From an uncultured bacterium (GTDB taxonomy: Bacteria > Hydrothermota > Tepidihabitantia > CAYHGV01 > CAZWJY01): DNA of 39,429 nt. Shown in pieces: positions 9,274-17,071 of the stretch (positions within the stretch are counted from its first letter, which is position 1; each line of letters opens with the position of its first letter). The notes under the pieces were generated by a model that made no database searches, was not told the origin of the DNA, and saw nothing but the letters and a program-made list of their open reading frames with translations. The stretch covers positions 1-39,429 of the forward strand of contig CAZWJY010000001.1 of NCBI GenBank assembly GCA_964634335.1. Reading direction: 5' to 3'. The position numbers and the translations under genes were made by a program.

Positions 9274-12200
9274 TATTACCTTTTTTGTAATGCTCCCCTT
9301 TTTACTCTCCAGTCTATAAAAATAGATGCCTGGGGGAAGAGATGTGGCATCCCACCTCAAGGCATAGACCCCGGCTCCCCTCTCCTCTGATATTAGAGTT
9401 TTTCTGAGTCTACCTGTAATATCATAGACCTTAAGGGATATCCATGTTCTCTCAGGGAGCTCAAATGTGATGGAGGCAAAACCTGTTAAAGGGTTGGGAT
9501 GGGTAGTCAATCGGAATTTTGAAAGAGGAGGCTCTGATGATATCCCTGCTCTTACTGAATCAAACTCCACCTTTGCGAATTGGGTTATAGTGTTGGCATA
9601 TTCCTTCCCAAAACAGGGAGAGGTATAGGTAGCAGGGTCAGTAGGGGCTGCATCTAAGGCAGGAGAATACTCTCTTGAGAGGGTATCATAACCTGCTGAG
9701 AACAGAGAGATGTTTAAAATATTAGAATTATTGAATATCTCTGTTGGTATTCCCAGCTCTATAAATTTAGTAGTGGAGTCATAAGCCAGTATACATCCGG
9801 AGTCGGGAAAGAATATCCATTTATCCCAGGAAGCCCACTTCTCATTAGCCTCATCCCAGGGTATGAGCCATCCATAGGCTCTATTATCATTCAGATAGAT
9901 GCTCAACCCTATCTCACAGTCTATGGGGTGTGATTTCCCAAAGGCTACCCAGGTATTAAAAGCATCCTGAGTCTCTCCCTCTTTACCCTGATATCCACCT
10001 TCCTTATAATCGATTGCAAGCAGGTATGTAGTCCAGAAGGTATGGGTGAGGGCATCGAAGCCAAAATACCACCGATTTTCATCATTTGTGAGATAGAGGT
10101 TCTTAATCTCATAATCCTCGGTAGTAAAGTCAGGTGGGTCATAGGCGATAGGCTTCAGCCCTGCCCTTTCCCAATCCTTCTTATCTCCATCCACAGCTAT
10201 CTTTGAGGTCGTGGCATAGGTATAGAACCATCCTTCCTTTCCATCCTCAGACTCTGCCCTTACTATATAAAGCTGATAATCTGAAAAGGGTTTAAAGTAA
10301 TAGGACTCTCCTCCTTCCCTTTTATCAAGAGCAGGCATACCCAATATACCCTTGCATAGCTTATACTTCAGACTGGGTGAGTTGGTAGTGGTCTTTATAA
10401 CAATCCCCTCCCCTTCCCTTAGATGGAACACAGGGCAATTCTTTACATTAATATAGGTGGGGTTTTCTACAAAGAGCTCTGGGGTGGTATAATTCTTCCC
10501 TGTAATCTGGGGAGGAATCTTTAAGGCTGGGTCACCCAAAAGGGTGAAACAGAATATAGACCATTGATTATATAGATCTGTCATATCCTCAGAGCTTACA
10601 AATTCAAATATACTCTCTCTGTATATATCTCCCAAGTCTTCTGCCCCATTATGATAGGATCTTATAGTGTTGGTAAAGATTCTATCAAAGTAGTCATGGT
10701 CTGTAATTACAAGCCTCCCTTCATCAAAGTAATAGTCAAACCCTGCAAGGTTTGCCCTGGTTCCCCCAAAGAAGCATATCCCACCTGCCTTAGACTTGAG
10801 GACTGCCTCGCCAAAGGATATAGAGAACTTAAGGTCAGGAGCAAGCCTGGTATCAAAGGCACCAACTATACAGGCAGGGGTTATAACAAGAGGAAGATTC
10901 TCTGCCTTCTCGTAATTTAAAAGGGATTCTGCCTCTATGCCTGTCTCATCATCAAACCATATAGCAGAACCTGAACCATGTCCTGTTTCAAAGAATATCC
11001 CCACATTTCCCTCTGAGAGATAGGGAGTAAGGAAGGATGAGGAGAACCTATCGTCTGAAAATAGATATTTATTAAGGGTATGTCCGCTCAGATACTCCCT
11101 GTTAATACAATCAGCAAGCAGAGCCTCATCATAATAAGGGAAGGAATAGGGGAAGGGGTCCCCACCTGCTACTATTGTATTTGAGAACCACTGCCAACTG
11201 GCAGGATACCACTCCCTCAATTTTCTTATAACACCCATCGCTTCAGAAATATCGCTCACAGATATCCTTCCCACCTTGTAGTTGGGCACAAAGTCATAAT
11301 CTGGAGAGGCATAGAGGAAATCTGATGGTGCCCACCACTCCACATCAGTAAAAAGGGTATCCATCGCATAGTAATAACTGGGAGGAACCTCTTCGGCATC
11401 ACCAAGAATGGTTATATATTCAAGATTGGGATGAGAAGGGGTATCCCTTAGATAGCTTATTATCTTCCTCGCTAAACTGAAATCATATCCCTCTATACCC
11501 TCGGGTTCTCTCTGCGAATAACCCGGATAGGGTGGCTTAGGAGCCTCTCCATACACACTCTCAATCCATCCAGTGGCAATTATCTGAGTGGGAATACCCA
11601 GCTCTGTAGTATGGAACTCCTTTAAACTCTCAGCCACTCCTAAGAACTTCTCAGGAGAGATTATTATCCCTTTAAACTCAGGACCCTGACAGTGCACCTG
11701 TTGATAATTTATATTGTAATAGACCTTAATTGTGGCATCTGTTATGAGTAAAGCCTTCCCTTTGGCTGGAATATACTGGACAGGAGAGAATTTTAGAAAG
11801 AGGTAGGTAGAGTCCTTTGAAGAACCTGTATAAAAATCTACAAGTCTACCCGGAAAATATCGGGAAGAGTTATATATTCTCTTATCAGGAATGTATTCCC
11901 CTCCTCTATTATCCCCCCTTACAAGAGGTGTAGGGTTAGGGATGATTTTTAACACCTCCTCAATCTCAAGATACTGAATATCCTCTACTCTTATCCCCTT
12001 TACCTCACTGCCAAGGGGCAGTGCTATCACAAAACTCTTCAAAGGCAGTTTTGGCTCACCTGGTCTACCTTCCGGGGGGAGTCCATCTATATCCAGATAG
12101 GTATAACCTGGCAGAGGAGCTGGATAGAGACCACAGTTGGAGGGGTCTATCTTGTATTTAATACTGGAGATTAGTCCTCCTATAACCCCTGACCCAGTCT

Positions 12201-12309
12201 CTATCCCTTTCAGATTCAATGGTTCAAACCCCTGAGAATACCTTAAAGGTCTTGCAACCCCCTGATAGAACCCTATAATAATCCCAAGAAGGATAAATAT
12301 CCTCTCCAT
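9262..12309 (-). CDS. peptidase C25 (gingipain-like cysteine protease) with T9SS-type C-terminal sorting domain
   Basis: The protein has a signal peptide. The catalytic His/Cys pair sits in a gingipain-like context: 'ETGHGSGSAIW' ... 'NLPLVITPACIVGAFD' (compare RgpB 'GHGSETAW' ... 'LPFIFDVACVNGDF'). The C-terminal 'HPNPLTG.ASITFELP...SLKVYDITGRL...PPGIYFYRL...KKVILVR' is a sorting domain. Confidence 0.85.
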   Translation of the reverse strand: MERIFILLGIIIGFYQGVARPLRYSQGFEPLNLKGIETGSGVIGGLISSIKYKIDPSNCGLYPAPLPGYTYLDIDGLPPEGRPGEPKLPLKSFVIALPLGSEVKGIRVEDIQYLEIEEVLKIIPNPTPLVRGDNRGGEYIPDKRIYNSSRYFPGRLVDFYTGSSKDSTYLFLKFSPVQYIPAKGKALLITDATIKVYYNINYQQVHCQGPEFKGIIISPEKFLGVAESLKEFHTTELGIPTQIIATGWIESVYGEAPKPPYPGYSQREPEGIEGYDFSLARKIISYLRDTPSHPNLEYITILGDAEEVPPSYYYAMDTLFTDVEWWAPSDFLYASPDYDFVPNYKVGRISVSDISEAMGVIRKLREWYPASWQWFSNTIVAGGDPFPYSFPYYDEALLADCINREYLSGHTLNKYLFSDDRFSSSFLTPYLSEGNVGIFFETGHGSGSAIWFDDETGIEAESLLNYEKAENLPLVITPACIVGAFDTRLAPDLKFSISFGEAVLKSKAGGICFFGGTRANLAGFDYYFDEGRLVITDHDYFDRIFTNTIRSYHNGAEDLGDIYRESIFEFVSSEDMTDLYNQWSIFCFTLLGDPALKIPPQITGKNYTTPELFVENPTYINVKNCPVFHLREGEGIVIKTTTNSPSLKYKLCKGILGMPALDKREGGESYYFKPFSDYQLYIVRAESEDGKEGWFYTYATTSKIAVDGDKKDWERAGLKPIAYDPPDFTTEDYEIKNLYLTNDENRWYFGFDALTHTFWTTYLLAIDYKEGGYQGKEGETQDAFNTWVAFGKSHPIDCEIGLSIYLNDNRAYGWLIPWDEANEKWASWDKWIFFPDSGCILAYDSTTKFIELGIPTEIFNNSNILNISLFSAGYDTLSREYSPALDAAPTDPATYTSPCFGKEYANTITQFAKVEFDSVRAGISSEPPLSKFRLTTHPNPLTGFASITFELPERTWISLKVYDITGRLRKTLISEERGAGVYALRWDATSLPPGIYFYRLESKKGSITKKVILVR

Positions 12310-12324
12310 TCTACCCCCTTTTAT

Positions 12325-12352
12325 AACTTATATCAAAAAACAGCCCAGTCAA
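12325..12352 (-). promoter_or_regulatory. sigma70-like promoter TTGACT-N16-TAAGTT for the C25 peptidase gene
   Basis: On the minus strand, TTGACT is at 12352-12347 and TAAGTT at 12330-12325. A 15-nt stretch containing GGGGG precedes ATG 12309. Confidence 0.45.
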
Positions 12353-12364
12353 GGGGACTGTGGC
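12335..12364 (-). terminator. putative intrinsic terminator after tsaD
   Basis: The minus-strand RNA reads GCC(A)CAGUC-CCCUU-GACUGGGC, an 8-bp stem with one bulge, followed by UG-UUUUUU. It overlaps the -35 box of the next promoter. Confidence 0.4.
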
Positions 12365-12386
12365 GGTTGAGATAAAAATCTCCCCA

Positions 12387-13367
12387 TTAGCACATATCTG
12401 TGATATTAGCCACTGCAGGTATGGAGAGTGGAGAGGGACCAAACCTTTTCAACCTCTCCAAGCCTGCCGCAGCAATCATCGCACCATTATCTGTGCATAG
12501 TTCTGGTCTTGGAATGTAAATCTCCACCCTATATCTATCTCTTAGCTCTTCCATTTTCTCTCTCAACCTTTTATTTGCTGCTACCCCTCCACATATCCCT
12601 ATCCTGTTGATATTGAGTGATTCTATAGCTAAGGAAATTTTATTTATCAAGTGGTCCAGGGCAGCTTCCTGAAATCCATAGGCTACATCGGCATAGTCTG
12701 CGTCCTTATGGTCCCGCAGGTAGTATAAAACTGCAGTCTTAAGTCCTGCAAAACTGAAGTTATATCCATCAATCCTTGGACGGGGAAAATCTATTCCTGG
12801 CAAACCCTTTTTAGCCAGTTCTTCTAAGGGGACCCCTCCGGGATAGGATAGTCCCAAAAGCTTAGCTACTTTATCAAAAGCCTCTCCACAGGCATCATCA
12901 AGGGTAGAGCCCAATCTCTTATACTGACACCTATCCTTGACAAGGAGGAGTTCAGTATGACCTCCTGAAACAACCAAACCAAGGAAAGGGAATTTAATCT
13001 CTGGATATTCTAAAAATATAGAGAATATATGCCCTTCGATATGGTTGACCCCTACAAAAGGGATACCCAGAGAGAAGGAGAGAGCTTTAGCAAATCCCAG
13101 ACCCACCATCAGGGAGCCGATAAATCCAGGACCATAGGTGGCAGAGACACAGCCCAGCTTTTTCAATTCTATCTCTCCTATCTCCAATGCCACTTTTGTG
13201 ATCTTCACAATAAGTCTGATATGAGCTCTGGATGCCAATTCAGGCACCACACCACCAAACTGGGAGTGTATAAGCTGGGAAGAGGTTATATCAGCGATGA
13301 TTCTCTCCCCCTCTACCAGCCCTACAGCAGTCTCATCACAGGATGTCTCTATGCCTAAGGAAATCAT
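12387..13367 (-). CDS. tsaD: tRNA N6-adenosine threonylcarbamoyltransferase
   Basis: It has 'LGIETSCDETAV', the metal site 'NHIEGH', 'VSGGHTEL' and 'GGVAANKRLR'. Length is 326 aa. Confidence 0.95.
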   Translation of the reverse strand: MISLGIETSCDETAVGLVEGERIIADITSSQLIHSQFGGVVPELASRAHIRLIVKITKVALEIGEIELKKLGCVSATYGPGFIGSLMVGLGFAKALSFSLGIPFVGVNHIEGHIFSIFLEYPEIKFPFLGLVVSGGHTELLLVKDRCQYKRLGSTLDDACGEAFDKVAKLLGLSYPGGVPLEELAKKGLPGIDFPRPRIDGYNFSFAGLKTAVLYYLRDHKDADYADVAYGFQEAALDHLINKISLAIESLNINRIGICGGVAANKRLREKMEELRDRYRVEIYIPRPELCTDNGAMIAAAGLERLKRFGPSPLSIPAVANITDMC

Positions 13368-14284
13368 TCAATAATAATAGAGAAACGGGTGGGTTCACAT
13401 TTCACAAGGTCTATCCCTGGAGGGAGCTTAATTTCTGCCAGGAGCTCATACTTCCCCTTTTTCAAACCACCGGCATCAAGGATCACTTCAATATCTTTGG
13501 ATCCTATTCTCTCTACTTTACTCTTAGGTCCTTTTACTCTTATAGTTGCCTCCTTAGGATTTACCTTTACCTTTGCTTCTTCCTCAGCAATTATTATGAG
13601 AGGGATTTTAGAGAAGGTTCTCTCTAATTCCTTCTCTATCTCTACCAAGACCCTTACCGAGCCTGGTTTACAGGTTAAGTTTAAGTCCGGAGGGGTTATG
13701 ACTCTTAAAGTCTCCTCTCTATCTTCAGATAAGCCCTCAAGCAGAAGGGGTTCTGTAGAGAGGGTAGATATAAGCTCTATCTCTTCTCTTAGCCCCCAAA
13801 TGTGCACGGTATCTTTTTGGATAATTCTCAATACAGAGAATCCTGGCTTAGGACTCCCCTTTTGTGGAATGTCTAAGGAGACTCTTTTCTCTTCCAGTTC
13901 CTTTAAAGAGATATGAATCTTGTGGGGTGATATCTCCCTTATCTCTGCATTAGAGGAGAGGTGGACATTTTCAGAACTGAGAATAAAATCACGCACCCCT
14001 CTTCTTGCCTTAGATAGGTCTACATTAATATAGGGGGGGCGGAAATGGAGTCTGAGAAGGTCTCTACCTTTGGCAAAGATTTTTATCTTGCATTTGGTAG
14101 CACTCACCTTAACTATCGTATACTCTTTGGCTAAATTATGGAACCTGATAGGAACTTCCTGTTCTACTAAATAAGGTCTTTCTAAAACAGAATAGAACCA
14201 GATTACGACGGCTACAAAAAAGGATATACCCTTTAATACAGGGTCCTCGGTAAAGAAATCAATGATAAGCCTTAGAATCTTCAC
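13364..14284 (-). CDS. YbbR-like (CdaR-type) domain protein
   Basis: A single N-terminal TM is followed by three to four ~85-aa beta-rich repeats with the YbbR-type pattern ('VPIRFHNL...', 'V.I.G......I'). The start is GTG at 14284. This assignment is by architecture only. Confidence 0.55.
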   Translation of the reverse strand: MKILRLIIDFFTEDPVLKGISFFVAVVIWFYSVLERPYLVEQEVPIRFHNLAKEYTIVKVSATKCKIKIFAKGRDLLRLHFRPPYINVDLSKARRGVRDFILSSENVHLSSNAEIREISPHKIHISLKELEEKRVSLDIPQKGSPKPGFSVLRIIQKDTVHIWGLREEIELISTLSTEPLLLEGLSEDREETLRVITPPDLNLTCKPGSVRVLVEIEKELERTFSKIPLIIIAEEEAKVKVNPKEATIRVKGPKSKVERIGSKDIEVILDAGGLKKGKYELLAEIKLPPGIDLVKCEPTRFSIIIE

Positions 14285-14289
14285 CCCTT

Positions 14290-14317
14290 AGAATAGGAAA
14301 AGGAGAAAGAAAGTCAA
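14290..14317 (-). promoter_or_regulatory. sigma70-like promoter TTGACT-N16-TATTCT, 5 nt before GTG 14284
   Basis: On the minus strand, TTGACT is at 14317-14312 and TATTCT at 14295-14290. Only 'AAGGG' separates the -10 box from the start codon. Confidence 0.5.
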
Positions 14318-14336
14318 GCCTTTTAACAATCAGGCG

Positions 14337-14364
14337 TTGACAAAAGGAGAGAATTGCATATTCT
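14337..14364 (+). promoter_or_regulatory. sigma70-like promoter TTGACA-N16-TATTCT, 5 nt before ATG 14370
   Basis: TTGACA is at 14337-14342 and TATTCT at 14359-14364. It diverges from the ybbR-like promoter. The TTG start used by the ORF track is the -35 hexamer itself. Confidence 0.5.
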
Positions 14365-14369
14365 TTATA

Positions 14370-15860
14370 ATGTCTCCTCCAATCCATCCCCAGAATTCCT
14401 TATTGAGGCTTGGAGAGTTTAAAAAACTATCCAAGGATACCCTTATTTATGGATTGGGTAATGCTGCCAATAGGATGGTCTCCTTCTTCCTCATCCCTAT
14501 TTACACCGCCTATCTTGCTACCTGGGAGTATGGGATTCGCTCCCTCACTACTTCCTTGGAACAATTCCTTTTCCCTTTTGCTACCTTGGGTTTTGTTCAA
14601 GCTCTGATAGCCGACTACTATGCTACTGAAGCCATAGAAGAGAGGAGGAGAGTAGTCTCTACAGCCTTCCTTTCTGTTACCATAATGGGTTTCATAATTG
14701 GACTCTCTATGTTCCTCTTTTCTGGAGGACTCTCCAAGCTCCTTTTCCAGAGAGAATTTAAGGATATAATGGTTCTCTTCTCCATCTATTTTGCCTTCAA
14801 CCTCCCCAGTCTCATCTTCTACTCCTTCTTAAGGGCAAGGGTTCAGCCCAGGCTTTATGCCTTCTTCACCTTCTCCAAAAGTATCATCCGTATTCTTCTC
14901 ATCTCCCTCTTCCTTATCCTTTTAAAGAAGGGACTTAAAGGAGCATATATCTCTGATGCCTTGGTAATGATGATATATTTCCCCTTTATTCTCTTTCTGA
15001 TACTTAAATATACAAAGGGGTTAAAATTTTCCAAAAAGTGGTGGATAAGCATGCTGAAGTATGGACTCCCTCTTGTCCCTGCCACTATTTTCCATTGGCT
15101 TCGGACCTTCTCAGACAGATTTCTCATAAGTTATCTCATAGGACTTGGAAGTGTAGGTATATTCTCAGTAGCTGTCCAATTCTCCTCAGTCGTCTCCTTT
15201 ATTCTTATTGCTCCTCTTTCTATGGCTTGGCTCCCCTATGCCTTCTCTATCAAGGATAGAGAGGATAAGGGAAGATATTATTCAAGAGCTCTCACTTACT
15301 ATCTCTTTGTGGGAATGATTCTCTGGCTTGTGGTGAGTGGAATATCAAGGGAGTTCATACCCCTGATAGCCAAAAATCCCAGTTATTGGCAGGCATCCCA
15401 GTATATCCCCATTCTTACCTTCGGTATACTCCTCTATGGGGCAGGATATATTCTTGCTACCCCTATAAATGTATTTCGAAAAACCATCTATATATCCTTA
15501 GGAACTCTATTTTCAGGGATAGCAAATATATCTTGCAACTTCCTCCTCCTCCCGAAGATAGGGATTATGGGAGCTACTCTTGCGTCCCTCATCTGTTACC
15601 TCACTGTATGCCTTTTCTTCTACTTTATCGCTCAGAGGATTTATCCTATAAGATACGAAAGGAGGAGGATAGCTATGGTAGCAATAATAGGAATCCTCTT
15701 ATATCTGATACTGAGTAGTATCCTACTAAAGACCATCTGGTTATCCCTCCTCCTTAAAATTGTCCTCTCTATCTCTCTCTTCCCTCTGATTCTCTACCTC
15801 CTTGGATTCTTTACAAAAGATGAGAAGAGGATAATATTACATTATATAAAGAGATGGTAG
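14370..15860 (+). CDS. polysaccharide/oligosaccharide flippase (MOP/Wzx-like)
   Basis: About 12-14 TM helices are present, and the N-terminal 'LSKDTLIYGLGNAANRMVSFFLIPIYT' is typical of polysaccharide-biosynthesis (PST/Wzx) proteins. I moved the start to ATG 14370 on promoter evidence. A glycosyltransferase follows. Confidence 0.75.
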   Translation: MSPPIHPQNSLLRLGEFKKLSKDTLIYGLGNAANRMVSFFLIPIYTAYLATWEYGIRSLTTSLEQFLFPFATLGFVQALIADYYATEAIEERRRVVSTAFLSVTIMGFIIGLSMFLFSGGLSKLLFQREFKDIMVLFSIYFAFNLPSLIFYSFLRARVQPRLYAFFTFSKSIIRILLISLFLILLKKGLKGAYISDALVMMIYFPFILFLILKYTKGLKFSKKWWISMLKYGLPLVPATIFHWLRTFSDRFLISYLIGLGSVGIFSVAVQFSSVVSFILIAPLSMAWLPYAFSIKDREDKGRYYSRALTYYLFVGMILWLVVSGISREFIPLIAKNPSYWQASQYIPILTFGILLYGAGYILATPINVFRKTIYISLGTLFSGIANISCNFLLLPKIGIMGATLASLICYLTVCLFFYFIAQRIYPIRYERRRIAMVAIIGILLYLILSSILLKTIWLSLLLKIVLSISLFPLILYLLGFFTKDEKRIILHYIKRW

Positions 15861-17071
15861 AGAAGATATGTGTTGTAGTGAGTAATAATCTTTTATATGA
15901 TTCAAGGGTTAGAAAGGAGGCTCATTCTCTATCCACCTTGGCTAAGGAGGTAGTAGTTATTGCAAAAAAGGAGAGCTCCCTTCCAGAAGTGGAATCCTTA
16001 AGTGACAAGGTAAGAGTAAAGAGGATAGAGAATTGCTTTCCTTCCTTTCCTATAAGACCTAAGAGATGGATCCCTTGGTATAATTTGTTAAGAGCGCTTA
16101 TCAAAGAGAAGGCGAGGATATACCATGCGAATGACCCTGATACCCTTCTCGCCTCTTACATCGCATCTAAAGTAAACAGGGGGAAACTGGTCTATGATAG
16201 CCATGAACTCTGGACTTCTATCCCTAAGAAAGTTAGTCTAAGAGAGAGAATCTCACATCTTTTCATAAGATGGATAGAAAGGTTCTTAGCTCATAGGGCA
16301 GAACTCGTATTAGCTACCACACCCCTTCGTTCTAAAGAGATGGAGAGGACTTATAAATTAAAAAGGACTCCTCTTATTCTCCTCAACTGCCCTCCCTACA
16401 AGGGAGTAAAGAAGGGTAAATACTTTGATAGATACAAAAAAGAAGGCGAAAGGATTGTCCTCTACTTGGGGGGGCTGCAACCTGGTAGGGGACTATTTAA
16501 AGCTGTGGAAGCGATAAGGGAATTGAAGGGTTGCAAACTGATAATTATGGGACCTGTTCCTGAAACCTATCAAACCTTTGCCCATAAACTTAGAGATTTT
16601 ATTAAAAAAATGAAAATGGAGGATAGGGTTATTATCCTCCCTCCTGTTCCTCCAGATAGAGTCGTAGATATTGCCTCTTCAGCAGATATAGGGATTATAG
16701 CTAATCAGAATATTAACAAAAATTACTTCTACTCCCTCCCAAACAAACTCTTTGAGTATATCCAGGCAGAGCTCCCTGTGGCTGTAAGCAATTTCCCTGA
16801 GATGAGGAAGATAGTATTGAAGTATAACATCGGAAGGGTCTTTGACCCAGAAGACCCAGCCAGTATAAAAGAGGCTCTACAAGAGATACTTCAGGAGAGG
16901 GTTTATAAGGATTGCAAAAGGAATCTAAAAAAGGCAAAGAGAGTTTTCAACTGGGAGAGGGAAGAGAACAAACTCAAAAGGGCTTATCAAGGGATACTCT
17001 TCTCCTCTTCAGAGAGCTTGCGGCTTCTCTGTGCCTCTTATGAAGAGGAAACCCAAGCCACAGAAGACTAA
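15854..17071 (+). CDS. glycosyltransferase family 4 (GT-B fold)
   Basis: It has an N-terminal 'ICVVVSNNLLYDSRVRKEA' and a C-terminal GT1/GT4-like core ('PNKLFEYIQAELPVAVSNFPE'). The last ~20 codons overlap the convergent MFS gene. Confidence 0.75.
   Translation: MVEKICVVVSNNLLYDSRVRKEAHSLSTLAKEVVVIAKKESSLPEVESLSDKVRVKRIENCFPSFPIRPKRWIPWYNLLRALIKEKARIYHANDPDTLLASYIASKVNRGKLVYDSHELWTSIPKKVSLRERISHLFIRWIERFLAHRAELVLATTPLRSKEMERTYKLKRTPLILLNCPPYKGVKKGKYFDRYKKEGERIVLYLGGLQPGRGLFKAVEAIRELKGCKLIIMGPVPETYQTFAHKLRDFIKKMKMEDRVIILPPVPPDRVVDIASSADIGIIANQNINKNYFYSLPNKLFEYIQAELPVAVSNFPEMRKIVLKYNIGRVFDPEDPASIKEALQEILQERVYKDCKRNLKKAKRVFNWEREENKLKRAYQGILFSSSESLRLLCASYEEETQATED

Noticed and set aside
7944-12309. 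A possible genomic island integrated at tRNA-Gln, given the secreted-protein genes right after a tRNA.
   Set aside because: There is no integrase, recombinase or transposase. I could not spot a direct repeat of the tRNA 3' end downstream. Codon and amino-acid usage looks like the rest of the window.
13389-13916. A 175-aa plus-strand ORF, and many similar plus-strand ORFs in the track (e.g. 2988-3254, 3145-3420, 4179-4460, 5601-5939, 7589-7915, 17301-17486, 18002-18293, 34299-34574, 38445-38699).
   Set aside because: Each lies entirely antisense to a minus-strand gene with strong family motifs. Their translations are Ser/Leu/Pro/Phe-rich and low in complexity, as expected for the complement of Glu/Lys/Arg/Gly-rich codons. 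None has a TTGAC/TAnnnT promoter or an SD.
14337-14369. An 11-codon N-terminal extension of the flippase ORF (TTG start at 14337).
   Set aside because: That TTG is part of the TTGACA -35 hexamer, and the -10 box TATTCT lies inside the supposed coding extension.
17009-17071. A 63-nt convergent overlap between the GT4 and MFS 3' ends, considered as a regulatory antisense element.
   Set aside because: The GT4 tail in the overlap (SSSESLRLLCASYEEETQATED) looks like a non-conserved read-on past the catalytic core. This is most simply explained by a late stop codon.
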